Positions 46,280-55,423 of a stretch of DNA of 64,000 nucleotides are shown here, in pieces. A program made the translations under genes and the position numbers. The stretch comes from an uncultured bacterium (GTDB lineage Bacteria > Actinomycetota > Acidimicrobiia > Spongiisociales > UBA5794), in assembly GCA_963801165.1 (NCBI GenBank), contig CAWDDT010000005.1, forward strand, positions 544,001-608,000, read 5' to 3'. Each line of letters opens with the position of its first letter. Within the stretch, counting starts at the first letter, position 1. The notes under the pieces are model-generated. The model saw only the letters and a program-made list of their open reading frames with translations, ran no database searches and was not told the DNA's origin.

Positions 46280-48023
46280 TCGCCGTCGTCACCAGCGGGT
46301 CGGCGTCGGATGGTTTGCCGTCCTTGCGGTGGTACTCGCTGGTTGCACGTCCGCGAGCGTGCCGACGACGACTTCTGTGGTTTCCACCGTCACCTCGTCG
46401 ACAACCACGACGGCCTCGACAACGACTGCGGTCGCCGGCACGACCAGTACTCAGACCAGTACCACGGTTCCGGAACGCCAAGCCCATTGGATCACGGTCG
46501 CGGGTGATCGATTCGTTGACGCCCGGACAGGCTCAGAGTTCGTCCCCGTTGGCGTGAACCTCCTGATGAAGCTGGGTGGGGGCGGCCCCGACCGCATGTT
46601 CGAGGCTTACAACCCCGACTGGGTCGATGAGCAGCTGGACGGGATCGCCGCACTCGATTTCAACACTGTTCGTGTCTTCTTGGACATGTGCATGCAATGC
46701 ACGTCGACCAGTAGCGGCATTCGTGACGACTACCTGGACCACCTGGCCGATCTGCTCACCCGCATCGAGGCCCATGGGCTCGTCGTATTGCCCACCAGCA
46801 ACGATGTCCCGGACCCGGGCTACAGCGAACGTCTGCCCTGCTGCGAGCCGTTTGGCGGCTACCGCAACTCCCTGTACCTCACGTCGCAGGGGCACCAGAT
46901 TGCGTCCCAGTATTGGACCGATCTCATCACCGGTCTAGAGCAACGCGGCGCCCCCACCCACAACATCCTGGGCTGGGAGCTCGCCAACGAGCAGTTCGTG
47001 CTTCGTTCGGTCCCGCCGATCTCGCTGTCCGAAGGAACGGTGACAACTGCAGACGGGAAGACATACGACCTCACCGACGACTCCGCCGTTGCCGAGATGG
47101 TCACCAGCAACTTGCGCTCGTACATAACCGACGTCGGTGACACCGTCCGGAGTCTGGACCCTGGTGCCCTTGTCACCATGGGCTTCTTCTCTTCCGACCA
47201 GCCTGATGCCGGCCGGATTGCCAACGACGACAGATGGGTCGTCCCCGACGACATCCTTGCCGAGTCCACGCTCGATTTTGTCGACCTGCATGCCTATCCC
47301 GGCTTCGGGGGCAGATGGGATGCCATCGGTGCCGCGTTCGGCCTTACCGGCAAGACGTCCGACTTCCCCGTCATCCTCGGCGAGTTCGGCGCCTTCGAGG
47401 AGGCCTACCCGGACGCGGAGGATGGAGCGGCCGCGATGGCACGGTGGCAAGCAGCATCGTGTGACCACGGGTTCAGCGGCTGGCTGCTCTGGTTCTGGGG
47501 AGCGGACAAAGATGACGAGGTGATTCCCGTCGAGACCAACGACGCCGCCATCGCCCGGGCAATCTCGCCGCAGATCCGACCCGACCCCTGCGACGCAGGA
47601 CCGTACGAGAGCAGCAACTTCGCACTGGACCGCCCGGTCACGGCTTCGGCCCAGGAGAACGAGGAATACGGGGTGGCGAACCTCGTCGATGGCAGCGACG
47701 CGACGTGGTGGAGCGCAGGCGCCGAGCCACCGCAGTGGGCAGAGGTGGATCTGGAGCAAGATCGCACCGTTGCCAGAGCGGAGATCCTGATCGGGCATGT
47801 CTCTCCACCGGGTCCGCAGACACATCGCATTTGGGTGCGCGGTGCCGATGAGGACGGCCCGGGGACTCTCGCCGGGGAGGTAACGGCTGATGCGAAGAGC
47901 GGTGATGTGCTGGTCGTCGACTTCGACCCGATCCCCGGTGTGCGGTACGTGCGGGTGGAGACGGTATCCGCCGACGGCTGGGTGATTCTCCACGAGTTGC
48001 GGGTGTTCGGGCCGGAAGACTGA
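46263..48023 (+). CDS. Lipoprotein glycoside hydrolase (clan GH-A, GH5-like) with C-terminal F5/8 discoidin (CBM32-like) domain
   Basis: Lipobox LAGC; FNTVRVF, WELANE, VDLHAY, ILGEFG; NLVDGSDATWW..WAEVDL. Confidence 0.85.
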   Translation: MQSAADRRRHQRVGVGWFAVLAVVLAGCTSASVPTTTSVVSTVTSSTTTTASTTTAVAGTTSTQTSTTVPERQAHWITVAGDRFVDARTGSEFVPVGVNLLMKLGGGGPDRMFEAYNPDWVDEQLDGIAALDFNTVRVFLDMCMQCTSTSSGIRDDYLDHLADLLTRIEAHGLVVLPTSNDVPDPGYSERLPCCEPFGGYRNSLYLTSQGHQIASQYWTDLITGLEQRGAPTHNILGWELANEQFVLRSVPPISLSEGTVTTADGKTYDLTDDSAVAEMVTSNLRSYITDVGDTVRSLDPGALVTMGFFSSDQPDAGRIANDDRWVVPDDILAESTLDFVDLHAYPGFGGRWDAIGAAFGLTGKTSDFPVILGEFGAFEEAYPDAEDGAAAMARWQAASCDHGFSGWLLWFWGADKDDEVIPVETNDAAIARAISPQIRPDPCDAGPYESSNFALDRPVTASAQENEEYGVANLVDGSDATWWSAGAEPPQWAEVDLEQDRTVARAEILIGHVSPPGPQTHRIWVRGADEDGPGTLAGEVTADAKSGDVLVVDFDPIPGVRYVRVETVSADGWVILHELRVFGPED

Positions 48024-48101
48024 AGACGTCGTTGCGAGCGACCGATGACAGTGCCGCGGGACTGGTTACAATCTCGCCGGTTGGCGACTCGATCGCCACG
48101 A

Positions 48102-48190
48102 GGAGAGATGGCCGAGCGGACGAAGGCGACGGTCTCGAAAACCGTTGAATCCTGTTTGGGGTTCCGTGGGTTCAAATCCCACTCTCTCCG
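48102..48190 (+). tRNA. tRNA-Ser (CGA)
   Basis: GGAGAGATGGCCGAGCGGACGAAGGCG-ACGGT-CTCGAAA-ACCGT...GTTCAAATCCCACTCTCTCCG. Confidence 0.95.
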
Positions 48191-48279
48191 CTCTCCTTCC
48201 CCCAGCCGAGCCGGGGGAAGGTACCCGGTGGCGCAGCCGCTAGGTGGTTCCGATCTGGGGGAAGCGCTCCACAGCTCAT

Positions 48280-48363
48280 GGAGGGATGGCCGAGCGGACG
48301 AAGGCGACGGTCTTGAAAACCGTTGAGGTAACACCTCCGTGGGTTCGAATCCCACTCCCTCCG
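48280..48363 (+). tRNA. tRNA-Ser (TGA); integration site of element 2
   Basis: GGAGGGATGGCCGAGCGG...ACGGT-CTTGAAA-ACCGT...GTTCGAATCCCACTCCCTCCG. Confidence 0.95.
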
Positions 48364-48366
48364 CTT

Positions 48367-48399
48367 AGCGAAAAGCCCTGCTACACAGGGCTTCTCGCT
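48367..48399 (+). terminator. Hairpin after tRNA-Ser(TGA)
   Basis: AGCGAAAAGCCCTG-CTACA-CAGGGCTTCTCGCT. Confidence 0.65.
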
Positions 48400-49601
48400 G
48401 TATGCGAGTCGATCGGCAGCACCGCCGCAGCGGCCCCCGGGGCGCGCTCGGGGCGCGATAGGGGCGCGGGAGAATCGCTCGAGCTTTGATGGGGGCGCAT
48501 CTGGGGCGGTGTGGTGGCGGCGATGTAGCGACGGTCGAGCGCATCGGAGAGGGCATCGAGGTCGTCTTCGTAGAGGTGTCCGTATAGGTCGAGCGTCATC
48601 GCTGCTGAGGCGTGACCGAGCTGACGCTGTACCGCTTTGATGTTGGCGCCGGACGAGATCATGAGTGAGGCGGCGGTGCCGCGTAGGTCGTGGATGCGGA
48701 GTTGCTCGAGGCCTGCTGTTTCGATGGCCGGTACCCAGACGGCCTGCCGGAACGGGGAGGAGCGGAGTGGGCCGCCTTTTGGTGCGGTGAAGACGAGCCC
48801 GTCGTCGGTGATGGTGCCGAGGTGTGCGGCGAGACGATCGGCGAGGAATGCAGGCATGGTGACGAGACGCCGTTCGTGGGTTTTGGGTGTTCCCCACGAG
48901 AGACCCGACCCGAGTTCGGTTGCTGATTCGGCGATCTCGATGCGACGCCGCAGCAGGTGGATACGTGGTCGCCGCAAGGCGACGAGTTCGCCCCATCGCA
49001 TCCCGACCCATGCCAGGGTCTCGATGATGAGCCCGGATCCGGTCTGAGTGTTCTCGGCGGCTGCGGCGAGGGCGGTGACTTGTTCGGCGGTGAGGAAGCG
49101 CTGCTCGCGGCGCCGCACCGTCCGGACCTTCACCCCGGAGGTTGGGTCGCGGGCCAGGATCCCGTCGTTGACGGCCAGCTTGAGCGGTGCTGATAGGACT
49201 TGTTTGGCTTGTTTGATCCGTGACGCAGAGAGCCCGCCGGTGGTCATGTCGGCGATCCATTCCCGCACCATGGCCGGCGAGATGCGGTTGACCGGCAGAT
49301 CCCCGAACACGGGTAGCACGCGTGAGCGGAGCAGCGACTCGTACCCGGCCCGGGTTTTGGGTTTGATGTCCAACCCGGAGAGCCAGGCGTCGGCGGCTTC
49401 GGCGAGTGGGATGTCTCCGGCTTCGGGAGCGATCCAATCGCCCCGGTCGATTGACCCGAGCCTGGCAACCAGCCAACGGTCGGCGTCGACTTTCCGGTCG
49501 AAGCTACGAGAGCGGATGCGTCCGTCGGGACCTCGATAGCGGGCTCGCCAGCGTCTACCGGTTCGTCCCTGCCGGTCTTCGATCCAACCGGAGCGTCTCA
49601 T
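48381..49601 (-). CDS. Tyrosine recombinase/integrase
   Basis: WRARYRGPDGRIRSRSF, GMRWGEL, HDLRGT, LGHASAAMTLDLYGH; GGGAGGG SD. Confidence 0.95.
   Translation of the reverse strand: MRRSGWIEDRQGRTGRRWRARYRGPDGRIRSRSFDRKVDADRWLVARLGSIDRGDWIAPEAGDIPLAEAADAWLSGLDIKPKTRAGYESLLRSRVLPVFGDLPVNRISPAMVREWIADMTTGGLSASRIKQAKQVLSAPLKLAVNDGILARDPTSGVKVRTVRRREQRFLTAEQVTALAAAAENTQTGSGLIIETLAWVGMRWGELVALRRPRIHLLRRRIEIAESATELGSGLSWGTPKTHERRLVTMPAFLADRLAAHLGTITDDGLVFTAPKGGPLRSSPFRQAVWVPAIETAGLEQLRIHDLRGTAASLMISSGANIKAVQRQLGHASAAMTLDLYGHLYEDDLDALSDALDRRYIAATTPPQMRPHQSSSDSPAPLSRPERAPGAAAAVLPIDSHTARSPV
48439..48509 (+). promoter_or_regulatory. Putative integrase arm-type repeats
   Basis: GGGGCGCG at 48439, 48450 and 48461 (11-bp period), plus GGGGCG at 48492 and 48503. 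Confidence 0.55.
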
Positions 49602-49727
49602 AAGGTTCTCCCTCCCTACGTCTCGATGCTGCATCTACTCGTATCCATAACACGGAATCCGGTGTGGCGGGCTGTCGATCCATCGCCGGCCACAACTCTG
49701 AGACGGTATGACGGCGAGTTCACGTTT

Positions 49728-49790
49728 CTCATCATTGCTCATCATCTCTCATTAGTTTGCATTACTTATACACCATCAATGTTGTATAAG
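49728..49790. promoter_or_regulatory. AT-rich control region / oriT candidate between integrase and relaxase
   Basis: CTCATCAT-like repeats at 10-bp period (49728, 49738, 49748, 49758), then inverted repeat CTTATACA..TGTATAAG. Confidence 0.5.
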
Positions 49791-49924
49791 AGTTATGATA
49801 GTCGAAGGAACCGAACCCGTACCGAGAATTCTTTCATGACCCCAGCCACCAACCCGCAGCGACCCCTCAGATTCTTTGAGGACAGACGAGTGCACACCTG
49901 TGGTGACAGAGTGGAGGTGGCACT

Positions 49925-52672
49925 GTGACAGTGCGGGTGACGACGTTGAAGGGCAGCGACGCTGGTCGCTACTACACCGAGCAGCTCCCGTCGTACTACT
50001 TGGATGCGGGTGAGCCGCCGGGTCGCTGGTTCGGACACGGCGCCCGGATGCTCGGTCTCGACGGTGTCGTCGACGATGAGGCGTTCCTGGCGGTGATGGC
50101 CGGCCTGCATCCGACGACAGGGGAGCGGCTGGGTCGCCGCTTCGGCGACAGCTCGGTGCGGGGATTCGATGCCACGTTTTCGGCGCCGAAGTCGGTGTCG
50201 GTGCTGTTCGCCGTAGGCGACCAACAGTTGCGCCGGGAGGTGACCGAGGCGCACGACCGGGCAGTCGACGCGGTGCTCGACTGGATCGAGTCCCAAGCGC
50301 ATACGAGGTTGCGGTGGCGGGGGCATGTGGTGTGTGTCGACGCCGAGGGCATCATGGTCGGGGTGTTTCGTCAGCACACGAGTCGCCGCCTCGACCCGCA
50401 GTTGCATACCCATGCGGTGATCGCCAACCGAGTCAAGGCTCCGGATGGGCGCTGGTTGGCGCTCGATGCCCGCACCATCAAGATGGATCAGCGGACCCTG
50501 TCCAGCGTGTATCACGCCGGGCTGCGCGCCGAGCTGACCCGCCGCCTCGGAGTCCAATGGCACCAACCCGAAAACGGGATTGCCGAGATGGTCGGTGTCG
50601 ATGCGGACATACTGGCCGAGTTCTCCCAACGCAGCCGTGAAATGGAAGACCGGGTGGGTGAGAAACTGGACCGGTTCCGCATCGACCTCGACCGCGAGCC
50701 GACGCCTCGGGAACGATGGCGTCTGGAACGCGAAGCCGTGCTCGATAGTCGCCCCGCTAAGACTCACGATCACGCTGCGGGCGAGTTGCATGCCGGGTGG
50801 CGGACGCGGGCGGCCAATCTCGGTTTCGAGCCGCACGACCTCGTCAGTGGCACGCTGGGTCGGGTCCGGCGGGCGGCCGGCATCGACCAGGCGACGATGG
50901 CAGGAATGGTGGAGGGGGCGTTGGAGGCGTTGACGGATCGGCAGTCGACATGGCGTCCCGCCGAACTGGTCCGTGAGCTCGCCGCCCAAGTCCCCACCAA
51001 TGTCACCGTCGAACCCGAGCGTCTATGCGGGTTCCTGCAGGACCTCGCCAACCATGTCGCCGCTGACCGCTGTGTCGACCTGTCCCCACCAGTACCGTCT
51101 GGTGCCGTGCTGCGCCGTGACCGTCGTCCGATCAGCGAAGCCGCCGTCGACCGGGCCCTCACCACCCAAGCGATCCTTGAGGAGGAGGAACGGATCGTGG
51201 AATGGGCCGGGCGCCTGCGCCGCTTCGCCGACATGATCAACACCACACGTCGGGGTCTCGACACGCAGGGTTTGAGTGCGGGTCAGTCCGAAGCGTGTCG
51301 AGCAGCAGCAGGTGGGGCTCCGTTGGAGCTGATCGTCGGACCCGCCGGATCCGGCAAGACCACCGCCCTCGCACCCGCCGTCGCCCACCTACAACACCGC
51401 GGCGAGACGGTGTTCGGGGTGGCCCCGACTGCAGCAGCGGCCGAGGTGCTTGCCACCGAAACCACCATGACGGCCGACACATTGGACAAGCTCCTCTATG
51501 AACACTCCCGGCCCGACCGGTCACCACAACCGGTGTATGACTTGCCGAGGGGGTCGACGGTGATCGTCGATGAGGCCGGTACCGTGTCCACTCCGAAACT
51601 CGCCGCGCTCACCCGTCTCGCCGATGACAAGTTGTGGCGGGTGGTGATGGTGGGTGATCCCCGCCAGTTCTCCGCCGTTGGTCGGGGCGGCATGTTTACT
51701 CACCTCATCGACACCTGTGGTGCTATCGAACTCGACCACATCCACCGATTCGTCCACCAGTGGGAAGCCGACGCCACCCGACGACTCCGTACCGGAGATG
51801 TCTCCGTCCTAGCGCAGTATGAGCGTCACGGTCGCCTCCACGACGGCACCCCCGAGGTTATGGAGACAGCCATCGTGGACGCCTGGTACCAGGCGCGCCA
51901 AGAGGGCGAGTCGGTGGCGTTGATGGCCAACACCAACCACACCGTCAACCGGCTCAACCAGCACGCGCAACGAAGACGCATCGCCACCGGTGAGCTCGAC
52001 CCAAACAGGCCCGGCATCGACCTCGGCTGGCAGCGGCTGCTCGTCGGTGACGAAGTGGTCACCCGCCGCAACCAGCGCACTCTGCGTACCGACCACGGGG
52101 TCATGGTCAAGAACCGGGACCACTGGACCATCGAAGCCATCCACCCCGACGGTGCCGTCACCGTCACCGGACGAGCAGGCAGGGTGCGGCTACCCGCCGA
52201 CTACGCCTCCGAGGAACTCGAACTCGGGTATGCCCAAACCAGCCACGCCACCCAAGGCCGCACCGTAGACACCGGCCTCCTCCTCGTCGACGGCCCCATC
52301 GACAGCCGCGGCATCTACACACCGCTAACCCGCGGCCGAAACACAAACCACGCCTACGTCATCACCAACGAGAACCAGACGGCCGTGGACGTCCTGACCG
52401 AGGCGATCGTCCGGGACTGGATCGACCAACCCGCCATCACCCGAAGAACACGCCTCGAAGTCGACAAGGTCGTGGACCCCATGCTCGGACACAGCCAGCT
52501 CAGAGACGATCAGCAAGAAGTGACGCACCCCGATCGCTATGTCGGCAAGCCGGATCTCAGCTCCGACGACTACCAAACCTGGCAGAAGATCAACCGCAGC
52601 ATCGAAGCCGCCAAGCAACGTCAGGCCGCTGAGCGCAGCCGGAGCCGACAGACCCCCGGCATCGGCCGCTGA
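49925..52672 (+). CDS. MobF (TrwC/TraI-like) relaxase with C-terminal helicase
   Basis: RYY..SYY, DATFSAPKSVS, HTSRRLDPQLHTH, GPAGSGKT, IVDEAG, YAQTSHATQG; GGAGG SD. Confidence 0.95.
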   Translation: MTVRVTTLKGSDAGRYYTEQLPSYYLDAGEPPGRWFGHGARMLGLDGVVDDEAFLAVMAGLHPTTGERLGRRFGDSSVRGFDATFSAPKSVSVLFAVGDQQLRREVTEAHDRAVDAVLDWIESQAHTRLRWRGHVVCVDAEGIMVGVFRQHTSRRLDPQLHTHAVIANRVKAPDGRWLALDARTIKMDQRTLSSVYHAGLRAELTRRLGVQWHQPENGIAEMVGVDADILAEFSQRSREMEDRVGEKLDRFRIDLDREPTPRERWRLEREAVLDSRPAKTHDHAAGELHAGWRTRAANLGFEPHDLVSGTLGRVRRAAGIDQATMAGMVEGALEALTDRQSTWRPAELVRELAAQVPTNVTVEPERLCGFLQDLANHVAADRCVDLSPPVPSGAVLRRDRRPISEAAVDRALTTQAILEEEERIVEWAGRLRRFADMINTTRRGLDTQGLSAGQSEACRAAAGGAPLELIVGPAGSGKTTALAPAVAHLQHRGETVFGVAPTAAAAEVLATETTMTADTLDKLLYEHSRPDRSPQPVYDLPRGSTVIVDEAGTVSTPKLAALTRLADDKLWRVVMVGDPRQFSAVGRGGMFTHLIDTCGAIELDHIHRFVHQWEADATRRLRTGDVSVLAQYERHGRLHDGTPEVMETAIVDAWYQARQEGESVALMANTNHTVNRLNQHAQRRRIATGELDPNRPGIDLGWQRLLVGDEVVTRRNQRTLRTDHGVMVKNRDHWTIEAIHPDGAVTVTGRAGRVRLPADYASEELELGYAQTSHATQGRTVDTGLLLVDGPIDSRGIYTPLTRGRNTNHAYVITNENQTAVDVLTEAIVRDWIDQPAITRRTRLEVDKVVDPMLGHSQLRDDQQEVTHPDRYVGKPDLSSDDYQTWQKINRSIEAAKQRQAAERSRSRQTPGIGR

Positions 52673-52927
52673 CGACGGCCACGGAAGGTGGTATTCCCAT
52701 AACTGGCTACTCATCCAGATTGCCGGTTATCTCTCGCTTGTGGGCGCTCGATAACGCGCGCAGTGGCGACTGTTATGGGCGGCCTCGGCCTGAGGATGAA
52801 TCATGTCGAGTGTCTCATCGTCCCGCCCTCAACAATCCCAGGCGGGAAGTCCGCCGGTTCAGCTTCGAGATTGCCGTCCAGGTCGGTCGATAGAGTGTCA
52901 GATCATGGCACCACTCAGGATCACTTG

Positions 52928-53899
52928 ATGGACGCTACGGACCGCACGCGCATGGGGACGTTGATAAGGGACGCGGCCTACACGCTGAGCCACGTACGGC
53001 GAGGCTTCAATGACCCTCAGCTGGAGTCCCGCGGCGCAGACGATCTAGCGAATCTCGAAGTCCGGCGTGACGGCACGCCGTGGGGTGAGCTACCTGTTCG
53101 TACCTACATCTCAATCGTGTCGGGACTCGCCGCATTTGCTGTCGACCATCTGCACGCCTGCGCCCAGACAATGCTCGATGATGTCGACTTCGGTCCTGCA
53201 GTGACGGCCAGATCGGCCGTCGAGGCTGCAGGGCGAATGGTCTACCTGCTCGACCCCGACGCCGATGTTCGGACCCGGGTCGGCCGCGGCTATGGACTGC
53301 GCCTTCGCGGAGTTCGCGACACTGCAAACAATGTAGCCGCCCTCGCCGAGAGCGAACAGAAGAGCCGTAGTGCGCAGCTACCCACGGCCGACAGCGCGAC
53401 ACGCGCCGAGCTCGATGCAAATGCCGAGCGGCTGGCTACCGCAGTCGCCGATGCCAAGGCGAGTATCCAGCGCGTCATCGACCAGATGCGCGTGCTGGGG
53501 TTCAAGCCCCACCGCGACCCTAAGACGAGGGACTTGATCGGGATCGACGGCTTCGGTCAGCCAAGCGGACCAGAACTTGCGTACAAGGCACTCGCCCACC
53601 TTGACGTATCGGTGCTCGAACAGATGTACCCGGCGTGGTCATCCATTGCGCATTCTGCATACGACGCATTGCGCAATCACCTCGATGTAGTCGACGACGG
53701 GCACTCCCTAGCGCGGCTCGGCACCACAGACGCCAGCCGGATTGTCACTGCCGGCCTTGCCGCCGAGGCCGTTGTCCACGGGTGCGATATCGCGATCAGC
53801 TACTTCCGTGCCGATCCAGACATACGCCTGCGTCTCAACGCCGAAGTGCTTCCTGAGATCAGACGCCTCTTCATCGCTGCCGTAGACGGACAGGGATAA
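52928..53899 (+). CDS. Hypothetical all-helical protein (DUF5677-like motifs)
   Basis: ARSAVEAAGRMVYLLDP and YPAWSSIAH resemble the R..lE...ylL / Y...S...H pattern of DUF5677-like proteins. Confidence 0.6.
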   Translation: MDATDRTRMGTLIRDAAYTLSHVRRGFNDPQLESRGADDLANLEVRRDGTPWGELPVRTYISIVSGLAAFAVDHLHACAQTMLDDVDFGPAVTARSAVEAAGRMVYLLDPDADVRTRVGRGYGLRLRGVRDTANNVAALAESEQKSRSAQLPTADSATRAELDANAERLATAVADAKASIQRVIDQMRVLGFKPHRDPKTRDLIGIDGFGQPSGPELAYKALAHLDVSVLEQMYPAWSSIAHSAYDALRNHLDVVDDGHSLARLGTTDASRIVTAGLAAEAVVHGCDIAISYFRADPDIRLRLNAEVLPEIRRLFIAAVDGQG

Positions 53900-53962
53900 C
53901 AGCCGCGTCCGGTTGTCCACCTGGTGTCAGCCGTTGGGGGGACGGGGCGTTATCCTGCCGCG

Positions 53963-54550
53963 ATGGAGGCAACCCTCTTCCTGCTGACCGGGTTCCCCGG
54001 AACGGGGAAGCTCACGGTGGCTCGATCACTCGCCCAGCAGATCGAAGCGATCGGCGAAACGGTCCGTGTGGTCGACAATCATTGGATCAACAACCCCATC
54101 TTTGGGCTGGTCGCCCAAGACGGCATGACCCCCCTCCCGTGGACGGTCTGGGAGCGGGTCGGTGAGGTAGCCGAAGCAGTCATCCGCACCGTAGAAGAAC
54201 TAACCCCCCGAGGATGGCATGTCATCTTCACCGCCTACCTCGACGGTGTCACCGACACCGGGTACGCACCCCGCCTCGCAGCGGTCGCCGCGTCGCGGGG
54301 TTCTGTGTTCGTTCCGGTGCGGCTCTTGTGTGACCCAGAAGAGAACGCCAGAAGGATCGTTTCGTCCGAGCGGAGTGACCGCATGAAATCGATCGACCCC
54401 GGCGAGCCATTCCGGTTAGCAGCCGACGGTGAGCCCTACCACCCTGGCCACCCCAACACCCTGACCCTCGACATCACCGCCACACCACCCGACGACGCCG
54501 CGGCGAAGATCCTCACACACACGGTCGGAATCGCCGCTCGCCACGGGTAG
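53963..54550 (+). CDS. P-loop small-molecule kinase (AAA_33/NMP-kinase-like)
   Basis: LLTGFPGTGKLT, VVDNH, LLCDPEENARRI..R lid. Confidence 0.82.
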   Translation: MEATLFLLTGFPGTGKLTVARSLAQQIEAIGETVRVVDNHWINNPIFGLVAQDGMTPLPWTVWERVGEVAEAVIRTVEELTPRGWHVIFTAYLDGVTDTGYAPRLAAVAASRGSVFVPVRLLCDPEENARRIVSSERSDRMKSIDPGEPFRLAADGEPYHPGHPNTLTLDITATPPDDAAAKILTHTVGIAARHG

Positions 54551-55423
54551 CGCGCTCACCGTGAGCCGAAGACCGATCGGAACCTAGCCGGGCCACAGTC
54601 TGTCAAAGTCGTGCGTTTCAGCGTTCGTACGCTGCTCGGATCTGGCTCCCGATGACCCCGAGCTCAGCGCGGGTCGGCGCATCTTCCCAATCAGCGTCAA
54701 TCTTGCGGTCTGGGTATAGCAAGCCTCGCGTTGATTCATCCGCCCTCCTGGCCACCATCCTGAATCACCAAATAAGGGCCATATCGCACTGATCACCCAA
54801 CCACGCATATCGGCAGCTGCTGATCGGTTGGGTCGGTCACGGGAAGTGGTGGTTTCGGATCGCTGACGGGAGCAAGCAGATTGAGCCCGCTGCCTGCTAG
54901 CTCTGCCTATTTCGCAGGTTTTGGTGCCGGTTTCGTGGTGCCGGTGTTGTATTGGTGGAGTGCAGGTCGGTTCGGTTCCCGGTGAGGGGAAGGAACCATG
55001 ATGACAACCAAAGAAACCAGGTTCATGCCGGCGTTGTGGACTCCGGACATCGACTCGTTTGAGGTGCGCCAGGCTATCGCCGGTTTCCTGGCCGGATATG
55101 GTGAGATGACTCGTGAGGCCTACAGCTTGGATCTTCGGCAGTGGCTGAGGTGGTGCGACACCCATCAGCTGAAGGTGTTTGATGTGAAGCGGGCCCATAT
55201 CGAGTTGTTCGCCCGCAGTCTTGAGGCAGACGGCAAAGCGAGAGCCACCGTGGCTCGGCGTCTATCGACGGTGGCTGGGTTCTACCGATATTGCTTTGAG
55301 GAACAACTGATTCCTTTGTCGCCGGCGGTTCATGTGCGTCGACCCCGCGTCGACTACGAATCCAACACCACGGGATTGGATCGCAACGAGCTTGGCATGT
55401 TCTTAGTCCAAGCCGGACTCGCC

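Noticed and set aside
44622-48364. tRNA-Ser 3' repeats as attL/attR of an island spanning 44.6-48.4 kb
   Set aside because: All three are complete tRNAs with different anticodons and the interval contains the housekeeping gene tadA.
49635-49750. Short minus-strand ORFs upstream of integrase 2 as an excisionase
   Set aside because: Translations (e.g. MMSNDEKRELAVIP..) show no HTH pattern; the region looks regulatory.
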